A stretch of DNA of 64,000 nt from the human T2T-CHM13v2.0 reference genome, Homo sapiens: NCBI RefSeq assembly GCF_009914755.1, contig NC_060940.1; one strand, 5' to 3'. The notes beneath the pieces were generated by a model. The model was not told the origin of the DNA. It did no database searches and saw nothing but the letters and a program-made list of their open reading frames with translations. Below are positions 14,001-26,917 of this stretch, piece by piece (within the stretch, counting starts at the first letter, position 1; each line of letters starts with the position of its first letter). The position numbers and the translations under genes are program-made.

Positions 14001-15154
14001 CACAAGGGGTAGCAAAGGAACGAGGGCTGATTCGTAAGAAGAACTGCTTCAATGCACCTTTAAAACCGTGTTAATATCATTGCAAGGGCCAAGGTCGCCT
14101 CAAAATGTAGGTACTAGAAGAGAAATCCAGAATGTTACATAGAAGACGCACGCTAACAAGAGAGCCCGGGAAAGGTCGCCACACGTCCTCATCCCAGCTC
14201 CCGGGGGGGCAACTCTGGGCTCAGGGACGTCACTTCCCACAGTTAACATGCTGGGATTCTGAGGCTCATACCCTGAAAGTGGCCTCCCCATCATCACTGA
14301 CCCCGCCCAGGTAGCAGAGGAACGTCAGGTTCTGCATCCACAGCTCGGAAAGTCTGCTTTGTGACTGGAGAGTGTCACCGTCGAGGAGTGGCCATTATCC
14401 TGAGCCTGTCTTTTATCGCCACGTTGATATTTTACCCGTGACAATGAAAATAGATGGCGACTGGATTTTGTTCCTTGCCGTATGTCCTTTGCAGGTAAAT
14501 TTAGGAAACCTAATAGGGTAAAAGGCTCAAGGAATAGGGCCATTAAAACGGGGAGACTCATCCCCGCATGTGAAAAATTGAGTTGTCTCCCACCACTACC
14601 TGAGGGGTCTACCCCACCCCGTTGGGTGGTGGCTTAGGCCTCCATGTCTGTATCACCACATCTCACAGACTGTCCTGGCCCCAGAAGGTAGGAACTGAGT
14701 CTTTTCAATTTCCCGAGAGCCCATGATGGGGTCTGGCCTCATCTAAGAGGAACATGAGGAAAGCCAGAGATGGCAGTGTCATTCTTTACCCAACACCCAC
14801 AACTTCTCCACCCTCGTCTGCAGACCTGTCTGAAGACTGCAACACCCACCCATTTGCTGCCTTTTATTTATTCAGGCTGTCTGTAAATATCCCTGCTGAA
14901 TAGCCGTCTCTCCCCATCTCTAGCCCCTTCGGCCTCTGCCGTCTCTGGAGCAGGCAGCTGAAGACCTACAATACCTAGACGCTGATCTTGTTCCAGAAAG
15001 AAGAGGAAGGGCTTTTCAGATAAGGTTCCCTCTGCCCCCTGCAGCACCCTCTTCCCCCAGGGTAGGGAGTTGAGGAGTTGCACCGGTAATAGGTTGTGGT
15101 TTGCAACGATGCTGTATTTTGGGAGTTTGTAATATCTTTGTAAAATCCTCCTTG

Positions 15155-15282
15155 ATTGGGTGTGGTGGATTATGCCTATAATCCCAGCACTTGGGAGGCC
15201 TGAGGTAGAGGATTGCTTGAGTTCAGGAGTTTGAGACCATCCTGGGCACCATAGGGAGACCCCCATCTCTAAGAGAAAAAAA
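15155..15282 (+). mobile_element. Alu left monomer (FLAM-like)
   Basis: Single Alu arm ending ACCCCATCTCT plus A-rich tail. Confidence 0.85.
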
Positions 15283-18200
15283 TCTCTACTCAGTTCCTTT
15301 GGTATATTAGATGCCTCTACCAGTAAAAGTTCCTATGAAGTTGCTGGCTAGACTTCACTAGTGTCTCTTACCTTATTTCAGTCATTTCAGGATGTCAAAG
15401 GAGCCAAATCTGTTTCTAATCACCACCAACTGCATAAATATGTATCAAATGATGTATGGTTGGCACTATTATCCTCATTTCACAGATCAGAAAGCTGTGT
15501 TTTGGGGAGGTTATGCATATTTCTCCAAGGTCTAGAGTGTCTTAACAGAAGGAACTCAAGTTTTCTGACTCTGAATATGGAGTTAAGGGCTTTGGCAACC
15601 CATTCTTATGGATTGCCATCCAGACGCCCCTTTTTCTTGTTTGTAAAACTGTAACAGACCTAGTCCCAGCATTAACAGAGTCCCTGCTGGGGAGCAGGAA
15701 TGGAACATATCTTGTCCACACATTCCTCTGTTGCTTAGGCCCCAGAGCTGCAAGCCCACTTTGTTACAAAAATGCAGTTGTGCCCAACAACTGTCTGCTT
15801 CTTGGTGACTGGCTTTATGATTGCAGCCAGCTAAGAAATGGTGTTGTCATTCCAGAAGTCTCGGTGGTACAGAAGGCTGAAGTCGGCAGCTAACAAGGGC
15901 TATGAGAGATGAGAATTTCACTCTGAGGATCCTGGGGGGAGGAGGCATCTGCAGCAGGGACTGGAGGGAACCTTGGTGTTAAAAAAAAGGCTGTCATTGT
16001 AAATGTGAGGCGTTTCAGCTTCCGACTACAGCCCGTGTCTCTACTGTTGGACGCCAGTCCTGGGATGAGCCTGGCACTGGCTTCATTCCCCTGTAGCAAA
16101 GGGGCCCAGTGGGGACACATGGGGTCATCTTCTCTTCTGAGTACTGGCCCTAGTCTCTTATCCACATTAACCCCACTTCCTTTGCCAGTTTACATACTCC
16201 CAGTCCTACCCAACCCCCCACCTTCAGATTCTGCTATTCAGCCAGACAGCATTACCAGTATTAGGCTGTTCTCAATCTATAAAGATGGCAGTTACAAGAG
16301 GTTCAGCCTCACATACGCCAGCAGCCACCAGCACTCTCCATTCAAGCCCACTGTGCTCAGCAGTCTGGGTTTTCCATCTGTCACGCACTCACTGAAGCCC
16401 CTGGTCTAGCCAGATTTCCGCAGGTGTCATCCACTCAACTTGTCCCAAATGAAGCCCATCCTCCCGTGGCCCCTCACCTGCCCCCTCCTCATCCTGGGTT
16501 CTCTCGAACCATCACAGCAGCCCTGCCTCCAAGCCTGTGTCCCAAGACATGGCTCTGCTCCACATGGCCTCGAGGATTGAACCATCCTTGTGTCACAGAA
16601 GCCTACTGTCACACCATCAACCACAGCAGCCTACACTCACTGGGACTTCCCAGGTGCCAGGCACAGACATGTGACACATATAGCCTCGTGACAGCTCAGT
16701 GCACGTCCCGAGCTAACCCTGCCTTCCAGGAAGGGGAAGCAGCTGGGCCGGGTCTGCCCAGCTACAAGTCCACCCCCTCCCCATGGGCCTGCCACCTTCA
16801 CCTTTTTTCATTTTCACATCTAGAGGGCCCTTTACACAGCAACCCTCAGCTCACTTCTGGTCACCCTCCACACCTCTGCCTCCTCCGGGAAGCCCTCTGT
16901 GCCCTGCTCAGAACAACCTGAGTTCCCTCTCATTGGGGCATCCACCGTGATCCACCACAGCCATCTGTCCAGTGTCTGCCCTCCCCATCCTCAATGACAC
17001 TGTGGCTTTCCAAACCTGAGGCCACTTCTGCACCCCTTCATGCCCAGCCCAGCATGGTGGTGACACAGGTCATGTGTTTGAATGTTCACTGTTGCCCATT
17101 GTCTCTCTAGGCACTTGATCCCCATGATGCTTAAAACCACCCCACCTTTATTCTGTCCAAGGCTCAGAGGGCAGGCATTTGCCTACAGAAACACAGCTAG
17201 TTGGTGGCTTTAGGTAGCCCTTGAATCCTTACCACCACAGTACTAGGATATGCTTATGGTTGTCATCCCCAAATGACAGACAAGGAAACCAAGGGTCAGA
17301 CAGCACTGCCCACGGCAGGACTGGACAGAGACACGTGCCTCCAAGCTATGTCCTCTCCCTACCCCTTCATAACAGTCACCCCACCGACTGCTACCTCTCC
17401 TCTCCCAACCAACAAGGCACTGGCCTCTCCCAGGCACTCTCAGAGCCTGTTACCTCCAGGGCCTCTCCCCAAGCTCTGGTCATTGCAGGGCAGGGCTCAT
17501 CCTGGCTGTGCTGAATGATGGTGGTGGTTGCAGGCTAAGTGGCTGCTCAGACCCCGCATCTGAAGAGCATGACAGGAGGGGGTTGTGAGGGCATGGCTTT
17601 AAACTGACTTTTACATCCAAGCCTTCCTGTATCTAAGAATCAGTTCCCCTACACTGCAAGCAAAGACCTCCTTCCAGCATCTTTGAACCATCCTCTAAGG
17701 AGCATTCAGGGATAAAGAGGCTCTTCGTAAGTGGGGTCCCATCCTTTGAAGAGAGGATCATGTTTGCTTTGGGCCTGCAGCCAGACACCCACCTAAAGGA
17801 GGAAAGCACAGCGCACGCCAGGCTGGTTGGGCTCAGAGATGATTCAGAGGAGCTCCGGCTTTGTTCAAGGTCAAATGTTTCTTTTTCATCCATGCACAGA
17901 AGGCAAAGCAACAACTTGACTTACAGGAAAAGACAATCATTAAAAGGGGTCTTCATTTTGTTAGCTTATCAGGGTGTCAAACTTGAAACGAGGGATCTCA
18001 CTCGCACAGTGGCCATGTCCCTGGAAAGGTGCAACGCAAAGTAGATCATTGTGAAGAGATTCACTCCTGAGATACATGAAGATGCTAGGCTGTTTCAGGG
18101 AACCCTGCAGGGATCCTCGAGGGGAATGATTTCTTTATGAATGCAAGTCTCTTAACTCACATGATTTGTGAAACTGGGCTTGGATACAGCTGGGGGTGGA

Positions 18201-18536
18201 TGTTCCTGATCTGACATTCTCACTTGGCATCTTTGGTCCTTTCTAAACCACAGATAAGGCAGAGCTAGCTGTGGACACAGTCCTGTCTTCCCTTGTAGGG
18301 TCCAGTGGATCCAGGACTTACATCCAGCAAGCCACAGCAGCACAGAGGTGCTGCGGACGCAGGAGTGGACATGGATCCTGTTAGGTTTTTGCCTTGTTTT
18401 AAAACATTTTATCCCAGTGAGGTATTTACTTCCTATTCAAATAGCGTATAGTAGGCAGAGTAAGAACATTCCTAGCCCCAAAATTTATGTGTCCCCTTAT
18501 CTAGCAAAAGGGACTTTACAGGTGTGATTAAGGATT

Positions 18537-18818
18537 GGCCAGGCACAGTGGCTCACACCTGTAATCCCAACACTTTAGGAGGCTGAGCAAGAGAATCACT
18601 TGAGACCAGCCTGGACAAGAGCAAGACCCCATCTCTACAAAAAATTACACTCAGGTATGGTGGCTAGTACCTATAGTCCCAGCTGCTCAGGAGGCTGAGG
18701 TGAGAGGATCACTTGAGCCCAGGAGATCGAGGCTGCAGCAAGTTATCATTACACAATTGCACTGTAAAACCTGGGCAAGAGTCGAGACTGTCTCCAGAAA
18801 ATACAATTTTGAAAAAAT
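18537..18818 (+). mobile_element. AluJ-like, following an MLT1 fragment (~18470-18535)
   Basis: Alu dimer with GATCACTTGAGCCCAGGAG; 14-bp microhomology deletion in the left arm. Confidence 0.9.
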
Positions 18819-19337
18819 GCAACCACATCACAGGACTTCCTGCTGAGCACCCTCTGCTCTCACGGTGAAGCCTCCCAGCCTCTACCCTATCCCCTAAAAA
18901 ATGTGCCGAGGGCCTCCCACACAACCCAGACCCATGCCCTGGGACCCACACACACTGTGTGTTCGCGTTGCTTCAGAACCAGGATCAGTGTCCCCCTCTT
19001 GGTGTTATCTTCCACTGTTCTTGGCTCTTAAACACAATACCATGCCAAACAACCTTTTAACTAGCCCCTAGCCTAGGTCCTGATTATTTTCTTAGGATTA
19101 ATTCCACAGGAAGTCCGTCTCCTGTGTTTTGCTACACATCTTGTGTGGCTTTATGTAGTGTTCTCCAAAGTTGCCTTGGACTTAGAAGCGTACCTTTGCT
19201 GGAAAATCAAGGAAAATGTGGGGAAGAAAGCTGTGCCTAGAACATTCTTTCATAGCCTTAAAATGTAGACCGGAACGGTGGTACCATGAGCTAGCTCAGA
19301 CTCACAGCCAAGCTTGGTTGGAGCCTCGGAGTGCTGT

Positions 19338-19360
19338 AAAAAAAAAAAAAAAAAAAAAAA
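19338..19360 (+). repeat. A23 homopolymer in the last intron
   Basis: Direct read; no associated SINE body. Confidence 0.95.
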
Positions 19361-19518
19361 TGGAAAGGTTTACGTGACAATAGGGGTTTCTCATTTCTTC
19401 AGGTGGCACCAGTTAGAGGCAGATCCAATGAGCCAGTCACAGTTGCCAATCAGATCCCTCCTGCCCTCACACCTGGCTCCCCTTCCTGGCCTGTGGTCAT
19501 TTGCTTTTCATCCGCAGA

Positions 19519-19548
19519 CTTAACCCGATTCTCTCCCTGCTCTTTCAG
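19519..19548 (+). promoter_or_regulatory. SNX29: Branch point, polypyrimidine tract and 3' splice acceptor of the terminal exon
   Basis: CTTAAC (branch A ~19523), TTCTCTCCCTGCTCTTT, CAG ending at 19548. Confidence 0.85.
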
Positions 19549-19672
19549 CGACATCACCCCGCCCGGAGAGCCTGTGAACAGCCGGCCCAAAGCAGCTTCC
19601 CGCTTTCCCAAACTGTCCCGGGGTCAGCCCCGGGAGACCCGCAACGTGGAGCCCCAGAGCGGTGACCTCTGA
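19549..19672 (+). CDS. SNX29: Sorting nexin-29, last coding exon (phase-2 start; DITPPGEPVNSRPKAASRFPKLSRGQPRETRNVEPQSGDL*)
   Basis: Canonical acceptor, CpG-rich open frame to TGA at 19670-19672; peptide recognised from memory as the SNX29 C-terminus after the PX domain. Confidence 0.9.
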
Positions 19673-20163
19673 CCTCGACAAAACCGCAGCCACGGGCCCT
19701 GTGCGTGGCACCAGCTGCGTCCACCCCAGCCACTGCCGCTGGCCCCTCACCTCAGCGTGACAACCACGTCCCACTGGTGATCCTGAGAGCACACGATTCC
19801 CAACAGTTACACAACACCCCGATTAAACTAATCAGTCTTCGAGCCGCATGATACCGTGACCCGAGAGACCAAGGCAGCACCTCGCTGGAGAGACTGGGAC
19901 ACACAGTCCTTCTGCTTCTGGGGTCTACCCTGGGCTGCAAGGGCTGTTCCTCCACCTTCCTATAGTTCAGGGCTGGCAGGAGGGTGGGCACCAGGTCAGG
20001 CTGGGTGCGCCATGGTTGAGAGGCAAAGGTGATCCCCTATATAGGAAGGTTCATGCAGAGCCAGCCTCTCCACTCTTTCCCATGTGGGGACTAGAATGAC
20101 TATTAGCCTCTCCCTTTGCTTTTTAAGGTTATTACCTGGCCTAACCTAGGGATGGCTGGCTTT

Positions 20164-20181
20164 GGGGGGGGGGGGGGTGGG
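20164..20181 (+). repeat. G14-T-GGG run in the 3'UTR (G-quadruplex-capable)
   Basis: Direct read. Confidence 0.8.
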
Positions 20182-23100
20182 CATGGTTCCTTTCACTGCA
20201 TTTTCCACCAACAGTCATTAGACACCTGGCACTGTCACAGCTCACTTTTCCAGAGGGATATTCCTGTGGCTTTGGCAAGGAGCCATTAGTGATGTGCAAC
20301 TTGAGTTCAGAGAACTTCCCCTACCTCCCCCATGGCTGGCTTCAGGAAGGACCAGTGCCCTCCATAGCCTGAGGCCACCTAGGCCCTCGCCAGGCTTGGA
20401 GTGGGGGGACTCAGACATCTGGCCCAGCCATCAGCAGCAACCTAGTAACCCGGCGTCCTCCAGCGTGTCCAAAGTAGCATTGGCCCTACAGTCATAAGAG
20501 ACTTGGGTCAGGGAACCACTGCAGAAGGTTCCAGGGTTTTCAAACCAGGCTCCATGACTATGAAGTTGGACCCAGTGTGGACACTTAACAGATCATGTGT
20601 CTCTCCACTAAAAACATTTTCCATCCCGTCTGCCCCCGACATTGTCCTTGATAACAGAACTCTGCATCCCCTAAGACAGAGTCCTCTGTTCCTCCCATGT
20701 CAGGTGGCTCTCAGAGTACAGGGACCTTGGCAGGTGGAGAGGAGGATGGGGACCAGCAGCTGGGCAGCCCCCAGGGCTCCTCCTCCAGTGAGCTCACATC
20801 AGAGCACCTCACAGAGCAATAGCCGTCCTCAGATGCTCAGCAAAGTTGTGGCAGTTTGCATTTCTAGGGTAAACTAACTAGGAAGGATGTCGTGAAATGG
20901 ACTATGCAAGAGTAAGTTTGTGTGTTTCGCCTTAATCTGAGGCAGAGACACAGCAGAACCTGAGGACAAAAGCAGGTGGAAGGTGACGGTTAGATGGTAA
21001 GCCATGGGCTTGTCCTGGAACTGCTTCAACTCAGTGGCTTAAAATGAGAACTGCCCAGGTGAGCATGGAGCATCTCCTAGGCTCGAGGACATCTCTGGAG
21101 AATCATCTGGAAGGTTTATACTGTGCCTTCCCCTCGTAGCAAAAAGGAAGATTGTTCGTGGCCTTTAAGGAAGGCTGAGATCACTCACACACAGCGCCCC
21201 CCCACCCCAGAGAAACCGAGTCAGCCTACATGACTTCCAAGGGGACCTGGGGCCAGATAAGCCCTGCCCCGGTGAGACCAAATGAGCTGGAGCATGTATG
21301 GAGGTGCGGACCCTGCAGTCAGTTTGCGAGTGTGGAGGACCCGAGACATCCTGTAAAGGCAACTTGGTCTCCCTCCCACTCACCTGCCAACATTGCTGCA
21401 ATACACATGGTTTATCTGAAATTCCAGGGCCAAAGTGCACATCAGCTCACCTGACTGGCAACTCTAAATAGAGAGCCCTAATGGACTGAGGCAGGAAACG
21501 TCTAAAAGCTCAATCTGCTGTATGTCATGACCCCTTAGGTTGGGTTTATGCCACATCGGTCATTTTGAAGTAGGTGTTTGATGCCAGCTCAGAGACTGTC
21601 TCAGGAGTGCCTCCCTGGCCTGGGTAGCTACCCTGGAGGTCATCTCCCTGTTCTCTGTTGGATAAAGGAACCTCCCCCATCTGTGATATTCCCTTGGGCC
21701 CAGGCTTATGACCTGCACCTTTTCTGACACCTGCCCCCAAAGCACAGGATGTGAATTGGTCTCTCTCCAGATACCCCACGAGGAAGCACCTTGGACATTC
21801 TGCACATGATAATAATGCAACGGAGTCCCCCATTGCTGAGAGATACTAACCTGTGAGAAACAAGTATGCTCTCAGCTGGTGTTGAACTGGTGGGAGAAAC
21901 TGCCTCCTACTTTTATAATACTGAATTATTCACAAAAAACCTGGTCTGCTCTCCAAAATGGGGAGAGCATGTTCCTGGGAGCCACATGGGGACCATCCCC
22001 AGCTGCCTGCTCCTGGTACCTCCCCCATGATCATGCACAGACCGTAGAGTCGAGTCATCTCGCAGATCCAGACCATCTCCTCTCATTCTCACTCTAAAAA
22101 TGCTGGTGGCCCGCACATGACAGCAACTCCCCGAAGCCTTCCCTTTGGAATCCCATAGAATGTTCTGCAATGATTGGGTCCATCTTGCTGCTCAGAAGAA
22201 TCCCGTCCTGCTCTCTAGTGTGGTGGGATGAACTTCAGGCAACAAACAACTGGCAGGGTTCCCAGTTCCTGGAGTTATGGAGCAGAAACACCCAGGCCTA
22301 GCAGAATTGTGGCTGAAACCTGGTGCCCAAATTCCACACCCTGGAAATGTGTCAACTGCCCGTCAGCCTGGATTCAATTCTGAGGGCTAAGCCACGACCT
22401 TATCCATGAGTGGCGAAGACACCCCTGAGGAAAGGATTGCTTGCACCTCACATCTGTCTTCTTCTAAGATTACTCGGAGATTTTCAAACAACATCTGAGA
22501 ACAGAAGCCCCCTCCCCTACTCAGAGAGGAACGAGGGTGGCCCACCTCTCAAGGGCCTTGGATTCCTGGGACCACCCTTTGCTGGGAGGAAGAATCCACA
22601 CCGAATCCTTCTGTCTTCATGGCCTGCTGTGCTGAAACAGAACAGCAGGTTCCATCTTTCACATCTTTTTTTCTCCCCCAGATGAAAGACGACTCAGGAA
22701 CGGTAGGGCTGGGCAGAGGTGTCTCTCCTTGAGAGACAACAAAAGCTTCTAAGGGAGGGAGCTTAAAGGCTGCTAGAAACCTAGCCCAACCATCCACTCC
22801 TGATCTGAGACAGAACCTTCTCCGCCACTCTTCCTGCAATCAGTGTGAAATTCCAGCTTCTTTGATTCCCACTTAGCAGTATGCTCCAATCACGTTGCTG
22901 GCAAGGCATTTTAGAGTTTGGAGCTGAGGTTCAAAGCCCCCTGCATTTCTCTACTGGCAGGCCCTGGTGAAGGAAGACACTTTCAGGGAAGAGGCTCTTA
23001 CAGTCTATGGTGGTAGCCATCTTCACATCCAGTCACCAGTTGCATCTAGGGAGCTGCTGGCTATAAAAGGGATCATCCAGTGGAGTTGTAAACGAGGGAA

Positions 23101-24180
23101 CCATCTTGCAAGATCTAGGAAGAGGAAGGGGAGGGATGTGGACTGGGTCTGATCACAGCCCTTGGCCCTGCTTCATACTTTGGAGCTTATTAAGATCAAT
23201 TTTGATAACCATGTAATTTCTTAGAACCATGGCAGGTAGTATTGTGCTTTAAAAACCAGAGGCTCCTGAAAGTCGTTTACACCAGGTGGATTGATACCAT
23301 GGCTGTAGCTGATGCAACTAACAAGTACTGGGGCCAGTGATCACAATCCAGGGTTGGAAACAGGAGTGAAGCCCACCAGCCTGCCTGGTTGATGGACAGC
23401 AGGCTCTGCCTTCTGGAGGCGGCTTATATCCCAACAGCCTGAGGCAGGGCTCTGTGGCCCAGGCCAGCAGTGGCTGCCTCTCTTGGTTCTGCATGGTACA
23501 TTTTGCCAACCCTGAGGACCAGTTCTTGGGGTTCCAGGCCTCGGCCTTCCTGCTCCACGTGCTCAAGTCCCCACATGGGGCTGCGACACCATCTGGCTCC
23601 TCACAGGGAGGTCCAGCCATGTTCTGTGGGCTCCCAGTGAGCCCCCTCCCCTCCGGCTACCCCCAGAATCCATCCTTCATTCCTCCACCAAGCTCCTGTG
23701 TGAGCTGCAGCGCCCACACGGGGGAAGCCCTGCACTCCAGCAGCATCTTCCAGCCTTGGCACAGAACTGATGGCAAAGGAAGGGCTGGGTTTTCAGCTTC
23801 TGGGACCCGAGGAAGACCCCACCTCACTCCTCCTTCCCCAGTACATCAGACTGGTTAGGAGGCATCCCAGAAGGGGCAGCCTCATGCCCAGGTTTCAGCC
23901 CTAAAGGTAATGATTGTCTTGACTCTGCCTTGGCATTTCGCTCGGAATCACGGCAGACTTGGAGTGTTTCTTCAAGGCAGGCATCTGCTTATGAGCAAGG
24001 TCAAAGATTTTTCAAAATATTGTGCATTAATTCATTAAAGCTACTGTTAAATATTTGCTGTTTTTAGATTGGCGTCCGTGCTAATTCTGCAGTTGTAGCA
24101 CTGTATATTTTATCTCATTTCTGTGCCAAGAAAGTTCATCTTTATGTTTTTCTAATACACAATCTTGATCATGTTTCCAA

Positions 24181-24186
24181 AATAAA
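24181..24186 (+). terminator. SNX29: Candidate proximal poly(A) signal AATAAA
   Basis: Canonical hexamer at the end of a U/A-rich block with upstream TGTA motifs. Confidence 0.6.
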
Positions 24187-25008
24187 GCTTCAGCTCCTTG
24201 GTCAATAGAAGTAAGGGTGTAGCCATCCAGGGTCTCCCGGCTCTAGGCAGACCGGATCCCGCAGTTCATCCCATGGTTGTTGAAATGTACCTCGATCAGT
24301 CATCTCTGGTATTCCTCACTCTAGCCATGAGCCATTGCCATCTTATGGGCCCGATTTGGGTACTCTGAATTATGTCATGGAGTAGACAGTTACTTCTAAA
24401 TCCCAGCAACCAAGTTGCGTATCCTTCCTTATAGCTAGTTTCTATAGAGAAGTAAAAAAGAAATCTGGCTTCCTTAATAAGATAGTTGAGCCTATGACAT
24501 TAAGGAGCAGCGCTGCTGGCGGAAGATTCTAGATTCACTGGTGGTTTAAGAGGCCCAGGGATTTAGTTCTTACTGGTGCGTAAGTGTTTTCCCATCCTAA
24601 CCGGAAAACCACTCACCCAGGCTTCCCCCACTTCCCCTCAAATTTTCTCAGCTCTGCCGCTGGTCTCCATGAACGGCAAGGGGAACCACCACTCATTCAC
24701 TGTCAGTGTAGGTAAGACAGAGGATGCCCTTGCAAAAATTGGGACTGAGGACAGTAGCACACGGAATGGTGGATCATACATTTGCACCCAGAGCTACTAA
24801 ACGCTCAGTGACCCCAGAGACCATTAATTTCCCGGAGTGAAGGGGATGGGGGTAGAGCTAATTGGAATTTTTATTATCCAGGACTCATCCTAAGAAGAAT
24901 GTTGGCCTCTCTTCATCCCTGGCTTAGCCGTCAGGTAGAACGCTTACTCACCTGACACCGACTTCTTAGAGAAGCGAGTCTTTTTTGAATGGAGGAGCGA
25001 TGGTAACC

Positions 25009-25023
25009 CCACTAGGGGGCGCC
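25009..25023 (+). promoter_or_regulatory. CTCF core motif CCACTAGGGGGCGCC
   Basis: Matches the CTCF core consensus CCACYAGGGGGCGC. Confidence 0.7.
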
Positions 25024-25220
25024 CATGATCGGCTCCCAGTGCACCCCCTTAAGGGTAAGCAGGCCACATATCTAGAGTCTGATAGTCTGTGTGTTCATAA
25101 GGTCTAGAAGTCTGTGGAAACGCCCTGAAACCTGTAGTATTATCTTAACTACCCTCTTATGTTAAGGTTTACATAATAGGATTTTTAAACAAATGTGTTT
25201 AATTTTTTAAGATCTCTTGT

Positions 25221-25316
25221 ATTAAAATTTTCTTTTGGAATAAGCTGTGGAAATTTTGTTACAACCTGGTTGAGATCAACCTCTTTACAATGACACAAAT
25301 TGTGACATTTTATAAA
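25221..25316 (+). terminator. SNX29: Candidate distal poly(A) signals ATTAAA (25221) and TATAAA (25311)
   Basis: Variant hexamers in an AU-rich block followed by a GU/U-rich tract (~25336-25356); repeats resume shortly afterwards. Confidence 0.55.
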
Positions 25317-25729
25317 TTAGATACTTCAGTGGATGGTCTCTGTCTCAGTTCTTTTTCAACAACTGGAGATTGAGGTGAACTTAATACACGTGGATCAACT
25401 GAATTGAAATGGAGCAGAATCTCATTTTGAGTTAATTAGGCAGATTTGGATAAACTGGCAATGCAGCATTAAAATTTCATACAGAAAACACTCCTCATTA
25501 CAGGTACCTATGTATTCACTTCTAGAAGAAACAATTATTAGGCGGCTACTGTATACCAGGTGCTTGGCATACAGCAGTAAGACAGGTAAGGTGTACTGTT
25601 GGAGTCGCACTGGACATGAAGCAGACAGATTTTTAAGAAGTCAACCATCCGGATAATTTCAGACCACAGTAAATATTGCAAAAGAGTGACAGGAATTAGA
25701 AATTCTTGGTCCCAACCAAGAATCTACGT

Positions 25730-25909
25730 TCAACAGCCTAGGCACTGCTGTCATTGGGGACTGGATGATTCTGTTGTGGGGGGCCGTCCCGTACATTGTA
25801 GGATGCCTCCACCTGTTAGAGGCCAGGGGCACCCCTTTAGTTGTAACAGACAGATGTCCAGACATGGCCAGAGGTCCCCTGGGGGAGGGGGGGCCAGTGG
25901 AGAGCCATG
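25730..25909 (-). mobile_element. MER20 hAT-Charlie MITE
   Basis: CATTGTAGGATG...CCAGACATGGCCAGAGGTCCCCTGGGGG matches recalled antisense MER20. Confidence 0.7.
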
Positions 25910-25945
25910 GGGCTAAGGCCAAGGGGTCCTCTTGGCTAAAGTGGC

Positions 25946-26238
25946 TTTTTTTTTTGGAGACAGTTTTTTACTCCTGTTGCCCAGGCTGGAGTGCAAAGGT
26001 GCCATCTCCGCTCACCACAACCTCCACCTCCCGGGTTCAAGCAATTCTCCTGCCTCAAGCCTCCTGCGTAGCTGGGATTACATGCATGGGCCAGCACTCC
26101 TGGCTAAAGTTTTATGTTTTAGTAGAGACAGGGTTTTTCCATGTTGGTCAGGCTTGTCTCGAACTCAGACCTCAAGTGATCCACCCACCTCAGCTTCCAA
26201 AAGTGCTGGGATTACATGTGTGAGCCACCACACCTGGC
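25946..26238 (-). mobile_element. Alu (AluS-like)
   Basis: Antisense dimer; TSD GGCTAAAGTGGCTTT / GGCTAAAGTGACTTT. Confidence 0.95.
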
Positions 26239-26705
26239 TGGCTAAAGTGACTTTTAAGCTGAGACCTAAAGGATGAAAAGAAACTCTGCACTGCCCCCAC
26301 ACCTCCCAAATAATTTACACTGGCTTAAGTACTCAGACCCTGCAACAAAATAGGCAACATTTTTAACCCAGTTATGGTAACAGAGAAAAGAAAGGCTCCT
26401 GGGATGAGAATCCAGGCATAAAGTCAGTTCCCACCAGGGCCGCATGAAGGGCATTGTTGCAGGTGGCTCTTAAAGCCCGGCTGCGCAAACGCTGCTGTGG
26501 GCTGTCACAGATGGAGGCGGTGCATAACCATTTCTGTCTGGGGTTGGGGGTGATATGGGCACCATGCCAGGCACCCCACAGCTACGTTGCCATGGGCATT
26601 AAGTCAGGAGGCCGCACTTAGGGGAATGCAGAGGGACGTCAAGACAGTCTTCAGGCTGCTGCTCCTGTCCTGCACCATCCTAAGTGACCCTCCCAATGCC
26701 ACCTC

Positions 26706-26882
26706 CATCAGCGCTGTGCAGCGGAAATACCATGTGAGCCATGTATGCCATTTAAAATTTTCAGCCAGGTGCAGTGGCTCAGGCCTGTAATCCCAGCACT
26801 TTGGGAGGCTGAAACAGGAGGACAGCTTGAGGCCAGGTATTCAAGACCAGCCTGGGCAGCATAGCAAAACCCTGTCTCTAAC

Positions 26883-26917
<35 letters not shown>

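Larger units (their letters stand above)
19673..25335 (+). other. SNX29: SNX29 long 3'UTR (3' end approximate)
   Basis: About 5.7 kb free of recognisable Alu/L1 in an otherwise repeat-dense window; AU-rich blocks with poly(A) signals at ~24.0-24.2 kb and ~25.1-25.35 kb. Confidence 0.7.

Noticed and set aside
17633-18044. 93-94 aa ORFs in unique intronic sequence
   Set aside because: No recognisable homology and no convincing splice or coding signal.
19403-19548. N-terminal part of the 89-aa ORF
   Set aside because: Starts at GTG and is intronic (branch point and pyrimidine tract); only 19549-19672 is coding.
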